A stretch of 36,304 bases of DNA from Pseudonocardiales bacterium (GTDB lineage Bacteria; Actinomycetota; Actinomycetes; Mycobacteriales; Pseudonocardiaceae), in NCBI GenBank assembly GCA_025465385.1, contig JAODNG010000408.1:1-36304 (forward strand), read 5' to 3'. Every line of letters begins with the position of its first letter. Position 1 is the stretch's first letter. Below the pieces are notes generated by a model that worked only from the letters and a program-made list of their open reading frames with translations, had not been told where the DNA came from and did no database searches. The translations under genes were made by a program, and so were the position numbers. Shown in pieces: positions 20,056 to 29,602 of the stretch.

Positions 20056-20925
20056 CTACTCCCCTTGCTCGCCGCGGAGGAAGCGCTCGAGCTCGGCGGC
20101 GAGCTCGTCACCTGACGGAAGGTCCGAGAAGTCGAACGGTGCGGTCAATTCGCCGTCGAATGCGGCCTCGAGGCGGCGCACCAACGCACGGTATTCCTCG
20201 CTGTCGGCGATAGTCTCGTTGATTTGGTCTAACACACTGGCGGCGGCGGCATGCAAGTCTGCAGCGTCGAGCTCCAGCCCGGCCACGGCTGCCAGCGCCT
20301 CGACGAGCGCGGCGGAGGCCGCCGGGTACGGGACGCTAGCCAGGTAGTGAGGCACTCGCGCCCATATCCCGATGGCGGGAATGCCCGCGGCGGCAAAGCC
20401 TTCTTGGAGCGCGGTCTGGATCCCGGCCGGCATCTCCGCGGTGCCAGGCACCACTCCCACCTGCGCCGCGAGCTCAGCCGTGGTGGCGATCGCCATCAGA
20501 TTGACCGGACGGGTGTGCGGGACAGGAGCGGCGAAGGCACCGAGACCGACCACCAACCGCACTCCTCGCTGGGTGGCCAGGTCCACGACGGCCCGCACGA
20601 AGGCATGCCAGGCCATGTCGGGTTCGGGCCCCACCAGGACGAGGACATCTCTGCCTGCAGCATCCTGACCGACCCGCAGCTGGAGCTCGGGCCAGGTCAG
20701 GTTATCGACGACTCCGTCGCAGATCCGCAGGATGGGACGACGAGACCGGAAATCGATGAGCTCGTCCGCGTTGAAGGTCACCAGCACCTCTGTCGAGATC
20801 TTCTCAAGAGTGTGAGCGATCGCTGCTTGAGCTCCGAGGCCGGCGTCGACCCAGCTTTCCGTCGCGAGGAGCAGCACTGGCGACTCCAACGGGCGGTGAG
20901 AGTGCAACTCGTAGAGTGATGACAT
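20056..20925 (-). CDS. PAC2 (proteasome assembly chaperone 2-like) family protein
   Basis: About 289 aa. SPVLLLATESWVDAGLGAQAA..., VLVLVGPEPDMAWHAF..., PHTRPV..., GIWARVPHYLASVPYPAASAALVEAL..., with an acidic C-terminus. This pattern fits the actinobacterial PAC2-family proteins I recall. ATG 20925 is preferred; TTG 20934 and GTG 20928 are alternatives. Confidence 0.75.
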   Translation of the reverse strand: MSSLYELHSHRPLESPVLLLATESWVDAGLGAQAAIAHTLEKISTEVLVTFNADELIDFRSRRPILRICDGVVDNLTWPELQLRVGQDAAGRDVLVLVGPEPDMAWHAFVRAVVDLATQRGVRLVVGLGAFAAPVPHTRPVNLMAIATTAELAAQVGVVPGTAEMPAGIQTALQEGFAAAGIPAIGIWARVPHYLASVPYPAASAALVEALAAVAGLELDAADLHAAAASVLDQINETIADSEEYRALVRRLEAAFDGELTAPFDFSDLPSGDELAAELERFLRGEQGE

Positions 20926-20973
20926 CACCGCCAAGCCTATGCGTAGGCCCGATGCGGGCGCCGTCTGCCACCG

Positions 20974-22536
20974 TTACTCGTACATTCCCTCGACCTTCCA
21001 GCGACCCGTCTCGCAGCCCAGCAGGACCGCCAGCGGCCCGGCAGGTTCGGCGTCCAGGACCGCTTGCAATCGCGCGCAGCGCCGTCCTCCGCCAGGCTCC
21101 CACCAGCGCTCCTCGATCGGCCAGGGCCCGGCCCAGGCCAGCACCCGTCGCGGCGGGTCCCCGTCCACCGCGATCCGGTACGGCACGCTGGTGAGCTTTC
21201 CGCGTCCGCTCACCCCGACGACGCGTCCGGCATCGTCAAAAACCTCGGCGGCCAGCGGGCGGGCGGGCACCCGAGATGGGGACGGTGCAGGCAGCCGGCC
21301 GGGCCAGGGAGAATCCGCACCGTGCACCGGAGCCGGGTCTTCGCCCCAGGACCCCAGGCGTACCCGATCATGGGGATTCCGGCCGCCGCCGAGGACTCCG
21401 ATGAGTACTGCCTCGGGTCCGAGCATCCCCTGAACCCGGACCAGGGCCCGGCCGGCCCGCTCGTCGTCTTCCCCCGACTCCCCCCACAACCCTCGTTGCA
21501 GGGCCTGCCCACCGATCACCTCTTCCGGGATCAGCTGCAGCAGCGTGATACCCGCACCGCGGTGTGATCCGCGAGAGGTCAGCCAGCCGTCGAGCTGCCA
21601 ACGGACCCGATCAGCGATCCCGGATGTGGTCAGCGGCTCAGCGCAGCGCCACACCCGGTGTAGCTGCTCCTCGGCCTCGGTGCAGGCGCTGATTCCGAGC
21701 CGGATGCAGGCCAGACCGCGGGTGGCCAGTGCCTCGTGCAGTTGCTGAGCTGGTTCCCGGGAGGCGAATGCCGCCGCATCGACCCGGTCCAGCGGCGGGT
21801 CGAACCGGCGAGCGACGGTGAGATCGACCGGCGGGTGGCGGCGGGCCAGCGGGCGCTCGTCCAGCCCCTGGGCCAGCCGGTGCGCGCACACCCCGACGAG
21901 GCCGAACCGGGAGGCGACATCATCAACGGGTAGGGCGGCGAATGCACCGAGGGTGCGCAGTCCCAGCCGGTGCAGCAGGTCCACCAGCGCGGCCCGATCA
22001 GCGGCAGGCTGGTGTAGCTCGGCGATGCTCAAGGTGGCAAGAAAACCGGCCGAACCATCCGGTGGCACCAGCAGACCTCGATGCGCGGCCAAGGTCGCAG
22101 CGAACAGGCCGTCGGCGATACCGATCTGGCATTCCATCCCGGCCTGCGCGGCGACCACATCGACGATCCGTTCGGCCACCGCTGGTTCGCTACCGAAGTA
22201 CCGGGTCGGGCCCCGAGCCGGTACCGCGACCAGCCCCGGGCGCACCAACTCGACCCCGGGCGCCAGGGCCTCGACGGCGGCAACCACCGGCTCGAACACC
22301 CGGGCGTCCCGGTCCGGGTCGTCGGCGAGCACGACCAGCTCCGGGCACCGTCCCTGCGCCTCACGGCGGCGCTGCCCGCGACGCACCCCCTGTGCCCGGG
22401 CGACCGCCGAGCAGGCCAGCACTCTGTTCGCGGCTACCACCGCCGCCGGTGTCTGGGAAGCCAAACCCTCAGCGACTGCTCCGGCCACCACGGGCCAGTC
22501 CGGGCACCAGACCACCACCACCCGAGGCGGCCTCAT
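20974..22536 (-). CDS. imuB: ImuB, Y-family-polymerase-like mutasome adaptor
   Basis: 520 aa. The N-terminus MRPPRVVVVWCPDWPVVAG is typical of ImuB, with a Y-family-like fold region (ELVRPGLVAV...TRYFG) and a long C-terminal extension. The start overlaps the imuA' stop (ATGA). Confidence 0.87.
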   Translation of the reverse strand: MRPPRVVVVWCPDWPVVAGAVAEGLASQTPAAVVAANRVLACSAVARAQGVRRGQRRREAQGRCPELVVLADDPDRDARVFEPVVAAVEALAPGVELVRPGLVAVPARGPTRYFGSEPAVAERIVDVVAAQAGMECQIGIADGLFAATLAAHRGLLVPPDGSAGFLATLSIAELHQPAADRAALVDLLHRLGLRTLGAFAALPVDDVASRFGLVGVCAHRLAQGLDERPLARRHPPVDLTVARRFDPPLDRVDAAAFASREPAQQLHEALATRGLACIRLGISACTEAEEQLHRVWRCAEPLTTSGIADRVRWQLDGWLTSRGSHRGAGITLLQLIPEEVIGGQALQRGLWGESGEDDERAGRALVRVQGMLGPEAVLIGVLGGGRNPHDRVRLGSWGEDPAPVHGADSPWPGRLPAPSPSRVPARPLAAEVFDDAGRVVGVSGRGKLTSVPYRIAVDGDPPRRVLAWAGPWPIEERWWEPGGGRRCARLQAVLDAEPAGPLAVLLGCETGRWKVEGMYE

Positions 22537-23297
22537 CAGCCCACCGCTCTGATAGTCAGGTCCGCGAGCATCTCCTCCACCGGACCGCCGGGACCGGGCA
22601 GCAGCAAACGGGCAGTACGAGGCCGAGCCGCCGCACCGCGGCCGACCGCGCGCACCACGACCTCGCGGCTGCGCAGCCGTCCATGCCCGGCCTCCGCGCC
22701 ATGCCAGGCCTCAACACGGCAGTCCAGCTCGATGTCCGCGCCCGGCCATCGACCGAGCGGAAGCAATACCGATCCGCGCTGCCGGGCCCGGGCGGCCAGG
22801 GATCGCCGCGCGCCGGGCGATATCCGCTCAGTGCCCGCCAGCGCCACCAGGGCCATCCCGTCGAGCAGGGCCGCGGCCACTGAGGCCGGATCCGGCCCAG
22901 CTCGGGGGATCAGCGCCAGCCGCTGCAGCACCACTCCTGTCTCGGCTGCGGCCAACACGCCGAGATCTTCAGCGCCGATCACCGCAGCCCAGGCCCCCTG
23001 CGCGGTGGCCGCGGCCAGCAACGTCAGCAGCAACGCCATCGAGCCCTGCACCGCGACCACCGATCCCGGGCGCAGACCACCGGGCAGCAGCGGCGCGACC
23101 GGTTCGACTACCGGGAATGGCAGCCGGCCGCCCGGGACGTCGAGCCGCTCCTGCAGCGTCGACGCCGGGGCGACCGGTGCTCGGTGCAACACCGACGCGA
23201 CGCTCGCAACCGCCATCCGGCGGCCTCCTCCCAACGGTGGGTACGCGCTGACAACCGCACCCGGATCCGCTGCGGGGAAGGCAGCGTAGGGGAACAT
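22536..23297 (-). CDS. imuA': ImuA' (RecA/KaiC-fold-like mutasome component); start uncertain
   Basis: LLPGGLRPGSVVAVQGSMALLLTLLAAATAQGAWAAVIGAEDLGVLAAAETGVVLQRLALIP resembles ImuA/ImuA'-type proteins, and the gene lies directly upstream of and coupled to imuB. Two candidate starts exist. ATG 23297 sits inside the LexA box. ATG 23216 is preceded by GGGAGGAGG 7 nt upstream and would give 226 aa. Confidence 0.75.
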   Translation of the reverse strand: MFPYAAFPAADPGAVVSAYPPLGGGRRMAVASVASVLHRAPVAPASTLQERLDVPGGRLPFPVVEPVAPLLPGGLRPGSVVAVQGSMALLLTLLAAATAQGAWAAVIGAEDLGVLAAAETGVVLQRLALIPRAGPDPASVAAALLDGMALVALAGTERISPGARRSLAARARQRGSVLLPLGRWPGADIELDCRVEAWHGAEAGHGRLRSREVVVRAVGRGAAARPRTARLLLPGPGGPVEEMLADLTIRAVG

Positions 23298-23305
23298 ATG
23301 TTCGA
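23290..23305 (-). promoter_or_regulatory. LexA (SOS) box upstream of, or overlapping the 5' end of, imuA'
   Basis: The minus strand reads TCGAAC-ATAT-GTTCCC: the core GAAC-N4-GTTC is intact and the outer two bases of one half-site differ. It lies in the 68-bp divergent intergenic region. TACTAT (TAnnnT) is just upstream, with TTGACG 19 nt further upstream. Confidence 0.7.
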
Positions 23306-23365
23306 TTCATAGTAAACCCGAGCAGTCGGGCACCGTCAAGGTCACACCCGGGCACACTCGACGTC

Positions 23366-24184
23366 GTGGCGGGCTTCGACTGGATCTCCTTGTGCACCGA
23401 CTACGGCTGTGCGGACGGGTTCGTGGCCGCCTGCCACGGGGTGATCGCCCGGATCGCCTCGCATGCACGGGTTCTGGACGTGACGCACGCGATCACGCCG
23501 GGCGACGTGCGGCACGGTTCGGCAGTGCTCGCCGACACGGTGCCCTGGCTGCCACCGGCGGTGCATGTCGCGGTGGTCGACCCCGGGGTGGGCACGGCCC
23601 GGCGCGGGGTGGCTCTGCTCAGTGGCGACGCGGTGCTGGTCGGCCCGGACAACGGGCTCCTGGTCCCCGCGGCGCAGTCCCTGGGCGGCATACGCGCCGC
23701 TTATGAGCTCGTTGAGCCCAGCTACCGGCTGTCAGCCGTCAGCGCGACTTTCCACGGCCGGGACGTCTTCGCTCCGGCGGCCGCGCATCTGGCCTGTGGC
23801 GTTTCACCGGACGCTCTCGGCCCCGCGATCGACCCGACTTCGCTGGTGACACTTCCGGCGCCGGTGTGCCAGGTGGACGGCAATCGGATCCGCGCCGAGG
23901 TGGTGACGGTTGACCATTTCGGCAACGTGGCGCTGGCCGCAGGAGCAGCCGAGCTGGCCGCGATCGGCTTGTGGGCCGGGGCGTCGGTGACGCTGCGGTG
24001 GCCAGCCGGCGAGCAGCGGGTGCTCGTCGGAGTGACCTTTGGTGACGTGGCACAAGGGGAACTGATCCTGCTGATCGATTCGGCGGGACATCTCGCGGTG
24101 TCCCGTCGCGCAGGCTCGGCGGCGCACCACACCGGTCTGCAGCCCGGTGCCGTGGTCGAGTTGATCACTATCCCGACCGAATAG
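23366..24184 (+). CDS. SAM hydroxide adenosyltransferase / SAM hydrolase (DUF62, fluorinase-chlorinase superfamily)
   Basis: 272 aa with a GTG start. ISLCTDYGCADGFVAACHGVIARI, VVDPGVGTARRG, VGPDNGLL, TFHGRDVFAPAAAHLA. The Asp...Arg...His positions typical of the hydrolytic DUF62 branch are present. Confidence 0.82.
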   Translation: MAGFDWISLCTDYGCADGFVAACHGVIARIASHARVLDVTHAITPGDVRHGSAVLADTVPWLPPAVHVAVVDPGVGTARRGVALLSGDAVLVGPDNGLLVPAAQSLGGIRAAYELVEPSYRLSAVSATFHGRDVFAPAAAHLACGVSPDALGPAIDPTSLVTLPAPVCQVDGNRIRAEVVTVDHFGNVALAAGAAELAAIGLWAGASVTLRWPAGEQRVLVGVTFGDVAQGELILLIDSAGHLAVSRRAGSAAHHTGLQPGAVVELITIPTE

Positions 24185-25561
24185 ATGACGCTATATCGGC
24201 GCAGTAACGTAAATTCGGCTGACATGCACACCGCCGTCATCGGCGCGGGTCCGACCGGGCTCTACACCGCGATCGCCCTCGCCCGTCGCGGGCACGAGGT
24301 CACGGTCATCGATCGCGACCCCGGGCCTGACCGCGATGGATCGTGGAACCGCAAGGGCGTGATGCAGTTTCACCATCCGCACGGTTTCCGTCAGCAGGTC
24401 GTGGAGGCTCTTCTCGCCGAGATGCCGGAGGTCTGGGATGACTTGATCGCAGCCGGAGCTGCGCCGACCACGCTGCCCGATCAACCCGGGCGGGTGGTCG
24501 GGGTTCGCTGCCGGCGTCTGATCTTCGAACGGGTCCTGCGGTCAGCCGCCGAGGCGCAGCCCGGCGTCACGCTGTCCACCGGTCACGTCGATGACGTCTG
24601 CTGCGAGCGAGGACGCGCCGTCGGGGTCCGGATGGACAGCCACCAGGTGGACGCCGACCTGGTCATTGACGCATCCGGCCGAGCCGGCCAGTCCACCCGG
24701 ACCTTTCGTGGACCGGCCGAGGGCGGCGACTGTGGAGTCGCCTACGTGTCCCGGCAGCATCAGCTCTTGCCGGGCGCCCAGAACGGACCGATGAACGCTC
24801 CATTCGGGATGGTGGCCATCTACCCCGGTTACCTGGCGATCGTGTTCATCCACGACAACCGAACCTTCTCCACTCTCATCGCCCGGGCCAGCACGGACCG
24901 TCAGATGGCGGCCCTGCGATTCCAGGAGGTGTACGAAGCCGCCAGTCGCGCGATCCCTTCCCTTGCGGCATGGACCGAGCCGGACCGGTCCCGACCGATC
25001 ACCGCGGTCCTGCCCGGCGGGCGGCTGTACAACACCTACCGGGGGCAGCTCAACCACGCCGGTCAGGTCGCTGCGAACGGGCTGATCTTCGTCGGGGACG
25101 CCGTGTGCACTACCAATCCCTCGGTCGGACGGGGCGTTGCCACCTCTCTGATGCAGGCTCAACGGTTGGTATGCCTCCTGGACGACCACCGGCGCGACTT
25201 CACCTCGTGCTCCCTGGAGTTCGACCACTGGTGCGCCGAGAACATCAAGCCGTGGTTCTCCGACCACGTGTATTGGGACGCCGAGCTGATCCGGCGCTGG
25301 TCCGGGCACGACGTTGACCTCACCCGGCCGCTTCCCTCAGATTTGATCATGGCGGCCACCGCGGTCGACCCCGAGATGCTCAAGGTCGTCGGACCCTACC
25401 TGGCCATGCTCGCCCTGCCTGCCAGCCTCGCCGCCGTTGAACCACGAGCACGGGAGATTTACGCCAGCGGCTGGCGCCCACCCGTACCCGACGGACCCAC
25501 TCGCGACGAGCTGGCCGCGCTCGTCACCAGCGTCAGTGCGCGAAGTGCCGGGTGCCGGTGA
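24185..25561 (+). CDS. FAD-dependent oxidoreductase (group-A flavin monooxygenase / geranylgeranyl-reductase-like fold)
   Basis: The Rossmann motif [28 protein letters not shown] starts at the second Met (ATG 24224). It also has a DxxG motif (VIDASGRAG) and a GD motif ([17 protein letters not shown]). ATG 24185 abuts the upstream stop (TAGATG), so either 24185 or 24224 may be the start. Confidence 0.78.
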   Translation: MTLYRRSNVNSADMHTAVIGAGPTGLYTAIALARRGHEVTVIDRDPGPDRDGSWNRKGVMQFHHPHGFRQQVVEALLAEMPEVWDDLIAAGAAPTTLPDQPGRVVGVRCRRLIFERVLRSAAEAQPGVTLSTGHVDDVCCERGRAVGVRMDSHQVDADLVIDASGRAGQSTRTFRGPAEGGDCGVAYVSRQHQLLPGAQNGPMNAPFGMVAIYPGYLAIVFIHDNRTFSTLIARASTDRQMAALRFQEVYEAASRAIPSLAAWTEPDRSRPITAVLPGGRLYNTYRGQLNHAGQVAANGLIFVGDAVCTTNPSVGRGVATSLMQAQRLVCLLDDHRRDFTSCSLEFDHWCAENIKPWFSDHVYWDAELIRRWSGHDVDLTRPLPSDLIMAATAVDPEMLKVVGPYLAMLALPASLAAVEPRAREIYASGWRPPVPDGPTRDELAALVTSVSARSAGCR

Positions 25562-27086
25562 GGTAGAGCGGCACCCCAGCGGCCTCCGCGGCGGCGATCG
25601 AATCGGCGTCGCGGATCGATCCGCCGGGCTGTACCACGGCGCGAACCCCAGCGTCGAGCAGCACAGCCAGCCCGTCGGGAAACGGGAAGTACGCATCGGA
25701 AGCGGCCACTGAGCCGGCCGCCCGCCCGCCGGCTCGGGCGACCGCGAGTCGGGCGGCGTCCACCCGGTTCACCTGCCCCATCCCGATGCCGACAGTGGCC
25801 TGGTCCGCGGCGAGCAGGATCGCGTTGGAGCGCACCGCGCGGCAGGTCCGCCAGGCGAAGGCCAGGTCGGCCAGCGCCGTCTCGGTTACCGGCGCACCGG
25901 TAGCCAGCGTCCAGCGCGCCGGATCGTCACCGGGCGCGTCGATCGCGTCCCGGGTCTGCAGCAGTAGCCCACCGGACAGCGCCCGGAACTCGACACCGCT
26001 CCTGTCGGGGGGCGCAGCCAGCAGCAGCCGGAAATTCTTCTTGCGAGCGAGCACGTCAATGGCGCCCTCGGCATACGACGGCGCCACCAGCACCTCGGTG
26101 AACACCTCGCTGACCTGCTCGGCCAGCTCGACGGTGACCTCCCGGTTCACCGCGATCACGCCCCCGAATGCGCTCACCGGATCGCAGGCATGCGCCCTGC
26201 GGTGCGCGTCAGCGACGTCCCCGGCGGCCGACACCGCGATGCCGCACGGGTTGGCGTGCTTGATTATCGCGACGCAGGCGCCGTCGTGGTCGTAGGCGGC
26301 CCGCCAGGCGGCGTCGGCGTCGACGTAGTTGTTGTAGGACATCTCCTTGCCGTGCAGCTGCTGCGCACGGGCCAGCCCCCCGGTGCCACCAGCGGTGTAC
26401 AGCGCGGCCTGCTGGTGCGGGTTCTCCCCGTAGCGCAACGTCGTCGCGCGCCGCCAGGAGGCGCCTACCCAGGACGGAAACTCGCCCGAGTCCGATGATC
26501 CCATCCACGACGCCACGGCGATGTCGTAGTCCGCGGTGTGTCGAAATGCGGTGACAGCCAGCGCCCGGCGCTGCGCCAGGGTGAACCCACCTACGTCGAC
26601 GGCGTCCAGCACGTCGACGTATGCGACCGGGTCCACCACGACGGCGACCGAGGCGTGGTTCTTCGCGGCCGCGCGGACCATCGCCGGGCCACCGATATCG
26701 ATCTGCTCGACGCACTCGTCGAAACCGGCCCCGGCGGCCACCGTGGCCTCGAACGGGTACAGGTTGACGACCAGCAGATCGAACGGCGCGACGTCCAAGG
26801 CGACCAGCTGGGCAACGTGCTCGGGCTTGCGGGTGTCGGCGAGCAACCCCGCGTGCACCCGAGGGTGCAGAGTCTTGACCCGGCCGTCCAGGCACTCCGG
26901 GAAACCGGTGAGTTCCTCGATCCGGGTCACCGGCACTGCAGCGTTGGCGATCACGGTCGCCGTCGAGCCGGTGGAGACGATCTGGACCCCGGCCGCGTGC
27001 AGCCCGGTAGCCAGCTCCACCAGCCCGCTCTTGTCAGACACGCTGAGCAGCGCCCGGCGCACCGGCCGACGATCCTCGGTAGTCAC
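25533..27086 (-). CDS. purH: bifunctional AICAR formyltransferase / IMP cyclohydrolase
   Basis: 517 aa. The N-terminal MGS-like domain reads [17 protein letters not shown]...VSTGSTA, and the C-terminus reads ...[12 protein letters not shown]. The GTG start overlaps the purN stop (GTGA). Confidence 0.94.
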   Translation of the reverse strand: MTTEDRRPVRRALLSVSDKSGLVELATGLHAAGVQIVSTGSTATVIANAAVPVTRIEELTGFPECLDGRVKTLHPRVHAGLLADTRKPEHVAQLVALDVAPFDLLVVNLYPFEATVAAGAGFDECVEQIDIGGPAMVRAAAKNHASVAVVVDPVAYVDVLDAVDVGGFTLAQRRALAVTAFRHTADYDIAVASWMGSSDSGEFPSWVGASWRRATTLRYGENPHQQAALYTAGGTGGLARAQQLHGKEMSYNNYVDADAAWRAAYDHDGACVAIIKHANPCGIAVSAAGDVADAHRRAHACDPVSAFGGVIAVNREVTVELAEQVSEVFTEVLVAPSYAEGAIDVLARKKNFRLLLAAPPDRSGVEFRALSGGLLLQTRDAIDAPGDDPARWTLATGAPVTETALADLAFAWRTCRAVRSNAILLAADQATVGIGMGQVNRVDAARLAVARAGGRAAGSVAASDAYFPFPDGLAVLLDAGVRAVVQPGGSIRDADSIAAAEAAGVPLYLTGTRHFAH

Positions 27087-27706
27087 GGTAGTGAGACCTT
27101 TCGTCCGGTGACGGTGTACCCGTGGCGGGCCAGCTCGGCGACGACCTCCACCAGCAACCTGCGCTCCACAATCTTGATCCGCTCGTGCAGCCGCGCCTCG
27201 GTGTCATCCGGCAGTACCTCGACAGCGCGCTGGGCCAGGATCGGACCGGTATCCACCCCGGCGTCGACCAGGTGCACGGTCGCGCCGGTCACCCGGACCC
27301 CGTGCGCCAGCGCAGCGGCCACCGGATGCCGGCCGGGGAACGCAGGCAGCAGCGCGGGGTGGCTGTTGAGGATGCGACCTGCGAACCGATCTAGGAACGT
27401 ACGTCCCAGGATCTTCATGAAGCCGGCTGTGACAATCAGATCCGGCCGGTAGGCGGCGACGGTTTCAGTAAGCGCGGCGTCCCAGGCCACCCGGTCCCGG
27501 TGCTGGATCAGCTCGACGACGAACGTGGGTAGCCCATGATCGTCGGCGCGCTTAAGCCCGACGGTGCCGGTCCGGTCAGCGCCGACGGCGACGACCTGGG
27601 CGGGATAGTCCGGGCCAGCGGCGTCCAGCACCGCCTGCAGCAACGTCCCGGTACCGGACACCAGCACAACGACCCGGGTCGGGATCGGCAGACGGAGCTG
27701 ATGCAC
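27083..27706 (-). CDS. purN: phosphoribosylglycinamide formyltransferase
   Basis: 207 aa. [45 protein letters not shown]. The GTG start lies 2 nt after the menG stop. Confidence 0.92.
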   Translation of the reverse strand: MHQLRLPIPTRVVVLVSGTGTLLQAVLDAAGPDYPAQVVAVGADRTGTVGLKRADDHGLPTFVVELIQHRDRVAWDAALTETVAAYRPDLIVTAGFMKILGRTFLDRFAGRILNSHPALLPAFPGRHPVAAALAHGVRVTGATVHLVDAGVDTGPILAQRAVEVLPDDTEARLHERIKIVERRLLVEVVAELARHGYTVTGRKVSLP

Positions 27707-27708
27707 GG

Positions 27709-28419
27709 TTAAGAGTACCCGTGAGCAGGCTTGACGGCCCGGTGCAGCGCAACGATGCCGCCGGTGAGGTTGCGCCAGTCAACGTCGACCCAGCCTGCGG
27801 CGGCCACTCGCTGCGCTAGCGCGGGCTGGTCGGGCCAGGCCCGGATGGACTCGGCGAGGTAGACGTAAGCCTCCGGGTTACTGCTGACCCGCCGGGCGAC
27901 CTCCGGCAGCGCGCGCATCAGGTACTCCAGGTACACGGTGCGAAACGGCCGCCAGATGGGAGTCGAGAACTCGCAGATCACCAGCCGGCCGCCGGGCCGG
28001 GTAACCCGGGCCAGCTCGGCCAGTGCGGCGTCGAGGTCCGCCACGTTGCGCAGCCCGAAGGAGATCGTGACCGCGTCGAATACTCCGTCAGCGAATGGCA
28101 GCGCCAGCGCGTCGGCTCCGACCAGCGGTACCTTGCGGTGCCGGCCGGCGCGCAGCATCCCCAGCGAGAAGTCCGCGGCCACGCACCACGCGCCGGCGCG
28201 AGCCAACTCTACGGTCGAGACCGCGGTACCCGCGGCGAGATCGAGCACCCGCTCCCCCGGCCCGGCAGCGACGTCAACCCGGGTACACCGTCGCCACCAT
28301 CGGTCCTGACCAAACGACAGGACGGTGTTGGTCAAGTCATAGCGGCGAGCCACCCCGTCGAACATCGCAGCCACGTCGCGGGGGTCCTTGTCCAACCCAG
28401 CTCTCGGCACAGCGCTCAC
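27709..28419 (-). CDS. menG: demethylmenaquinone methyltransferase (UbiE/MenG family)
   Basis: 236 aa. [32 protein letters not shown] motif VLDLAAGTA, and ...[10 protein letters not shown]...[10 protein letters not shown]. Confidence 0.9.
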   Translation of the reverse strand: MSAVPRAGLDKDPRDVAAMFDGVARRYDLTNTVLSFGQDRWWRRCTRVDVAAGPGERVLDLAAGTAVSTVELARAGAWCVAADFSLGMLRAGRHRKVPLVGADALALPFADGVFDAVTISFGLRNVADLDAALAELARVTRPGGRLVICEFSTPIWRPFRTVYLEYLMRALPEVARRVSSNPEAYVYLAESIRAWPDQPALAQRVAAAGWVDVDWRNLTGGIVALHRAVKPAHGYS

Positions 28420-28453
28420 CCTACGGTGACAGCCCCGGCCGTTCCGGTGCCGC

Positions 28454-29602
28454 TCAGTTGGCGGTGCCTGCTGGGCTGTTACTAGTGCCGATACTAGTGC
28501 CGAGCGCCTGGAGCATGCCGGTCACCGCGACAGGCCAGGGGAAGTCTTCGGCGCGCGCCCGGGCGGCCGCCCTGCGGGCCTCCTCGGGCGCATGGAGCAC
28601 CCAGCTGACCGCGTCGGCGAAAGCTCGGCCGTGATCCGCGACGGCGGCACCACAGCTAGGGCGGATGATCTCGGACAACGCCGAGGAACATGACACCACC
28701 ACGGGAGTGCCCGAGGCGAGCGCCTCCAGCGCCGCCAACCCGAACGTTTCGTGCGGCCCCGGCGCGAGGGATACGTCCGACGTGGCGAGCAGGGCAGCCA
28801 CATCACTCCGCTTGGGTACGAAGCCCAGGAAGGTGACCGGCAGTCCGGCGGCGCGCCGCTGCAGAGCCGCCCGGCATGGGCCGTCGCCGGCGATGACCAA
28901 CCGGATTCGCTGACCCGACTCGTGCAGTTCCGCGACGGTGTCGATGCAACGCTGCACGTGCTTCTCCGGAGACAGCCGCCCGCAATGCGCCAGCATTGCC
29001 TCGGCCCCCCGGCCCAGCTCAGCGCGCAGCGCCTCGTCCCGATGCCATGGCGCGAACGTGACCAGGTCCACGCCCAACGGGACCTGGACGACGTTGCGCG
29101 AGCCGATCCGATCGAACTCCTCGCGGGCGAATCCAGTGGTGCACACCACCGTGTCGTAGGAAGCCGCCATCCGGTGGTTGGCCCAGTCGGCCACGCCGCG
29201 AGCCGAGCGGCCGGGTAGCAGGAACTGGTGCAGCAGCCGGTCCAACCGTTCGTGGGCGATCACCACGCTGGGCACCCCGTGCGCGGCGGCCCACCGGCCC
29301 AGTCCACGCAGGGTGAGCCGGTCGGACACCTCGATCCGATCGGGACGCAGCCCGTCCAGCAATGCCCGGACCCGGCACGGATCGACCGCGCGATACCCAC
29401 CGGTGTACGGGATCTTCCCTGCGCGCAGCGTGATCCGCCTAACCCCGGTATGCAGTACCTCGTCGCTGCGCCGCGGTCCGGGTACCACCAGTACGACCTG
29501 GTGACCTGCTGCGACGTACCCAGCGCCCAAGTGGTGCAGGGCGGTGCGCAGGCCGCCGGAGCGCGGACCATAGAAATTCGCCAATTGGGCAATGAGCATC
29601 AC
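28454..29602 (-). CDS. GT4-family (GT-B) glycosyltransferase
   Basis: 382 aa. The N-terminus reads [17 protein letters not shown]. The C-terminal domain reads [10 protein letters not shown]...[20 protein letters not shown] (EX7E-type). The start (GTG 29602 or ATG 29599) overlaps the stop of the upstream GT gene. Confidence 0.85.
   Translation of the reverse strand: MMLIAQLANFYGPRSGGLRTALHHLGAGYVAAGHQVVLVVPGPRRSDEVLHTGVRRITLRAGKIPYTGGYRAVDPCRVRALLDGLRPDRIEVSDRLTLRGLGRWAAAHGVPSVVIAHERLDRLLHQFLLPGRSARGVADWANHRMAASYDTVVCTTGFAREEFDRIGSRNVVQVPLGVDLVTFAPWHRDEALRAELGRGAEAMLAHCGRLSPEKHVQRCIDTVAELHESGQRIRLVIAGDGPCRAALQRRAAGLPVTFLGFVPKRSDVAALLATSDVSLAPGPHETFGLAALEALASGTPVVVSCSSALSEIIRPSCGAAVADHGRAFADAVSWVLHAPEEARRAAARARAEDFPWPVAVTGMLQALGTSIGTSNSPAGTAN

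Noticed and set aside
23298-23312. Plus-strand mini-ORF ATG TTC GAT TCA TAG (MFDS) starting in the imuA' LexA box.
   Set aside because: It has four codons and no SD, and it is a trivial consequence of the palindromic operator containing ATG on both strands.
23366-25561. The idea that the DUF62 + flavoenzyme pair is a halogenation (fluorinase/chlorinase + flavin halogenase) cassette.
   Set aside because: The DUF62 protein carries the VDPGVGTxRR and FHGRD positions I associate with the hydrolytic branch. The flavoenzyme lacks a WxWxIP halogenase motif, and no other biosynthetic genes are adjacent.
25533-25561. 29-nt convergent overlap of the flavoenzyme and purH 3' ends. Also the CTAG shared-stop overlap at 3756-3759 (carboxypeptidase and ABC exporter).
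   Set aside because: Short convergent 3' overlaps are common in compact high-GC genomes, and no additional structure was seen.
27393-27408. LexA-box-like TAGGAAC-GTAC-GTCCCA.
   Set aside because: It has three mismatches to TCGAAC-N4-GTTCGA, including the core GTTC, and it is internal to purN.
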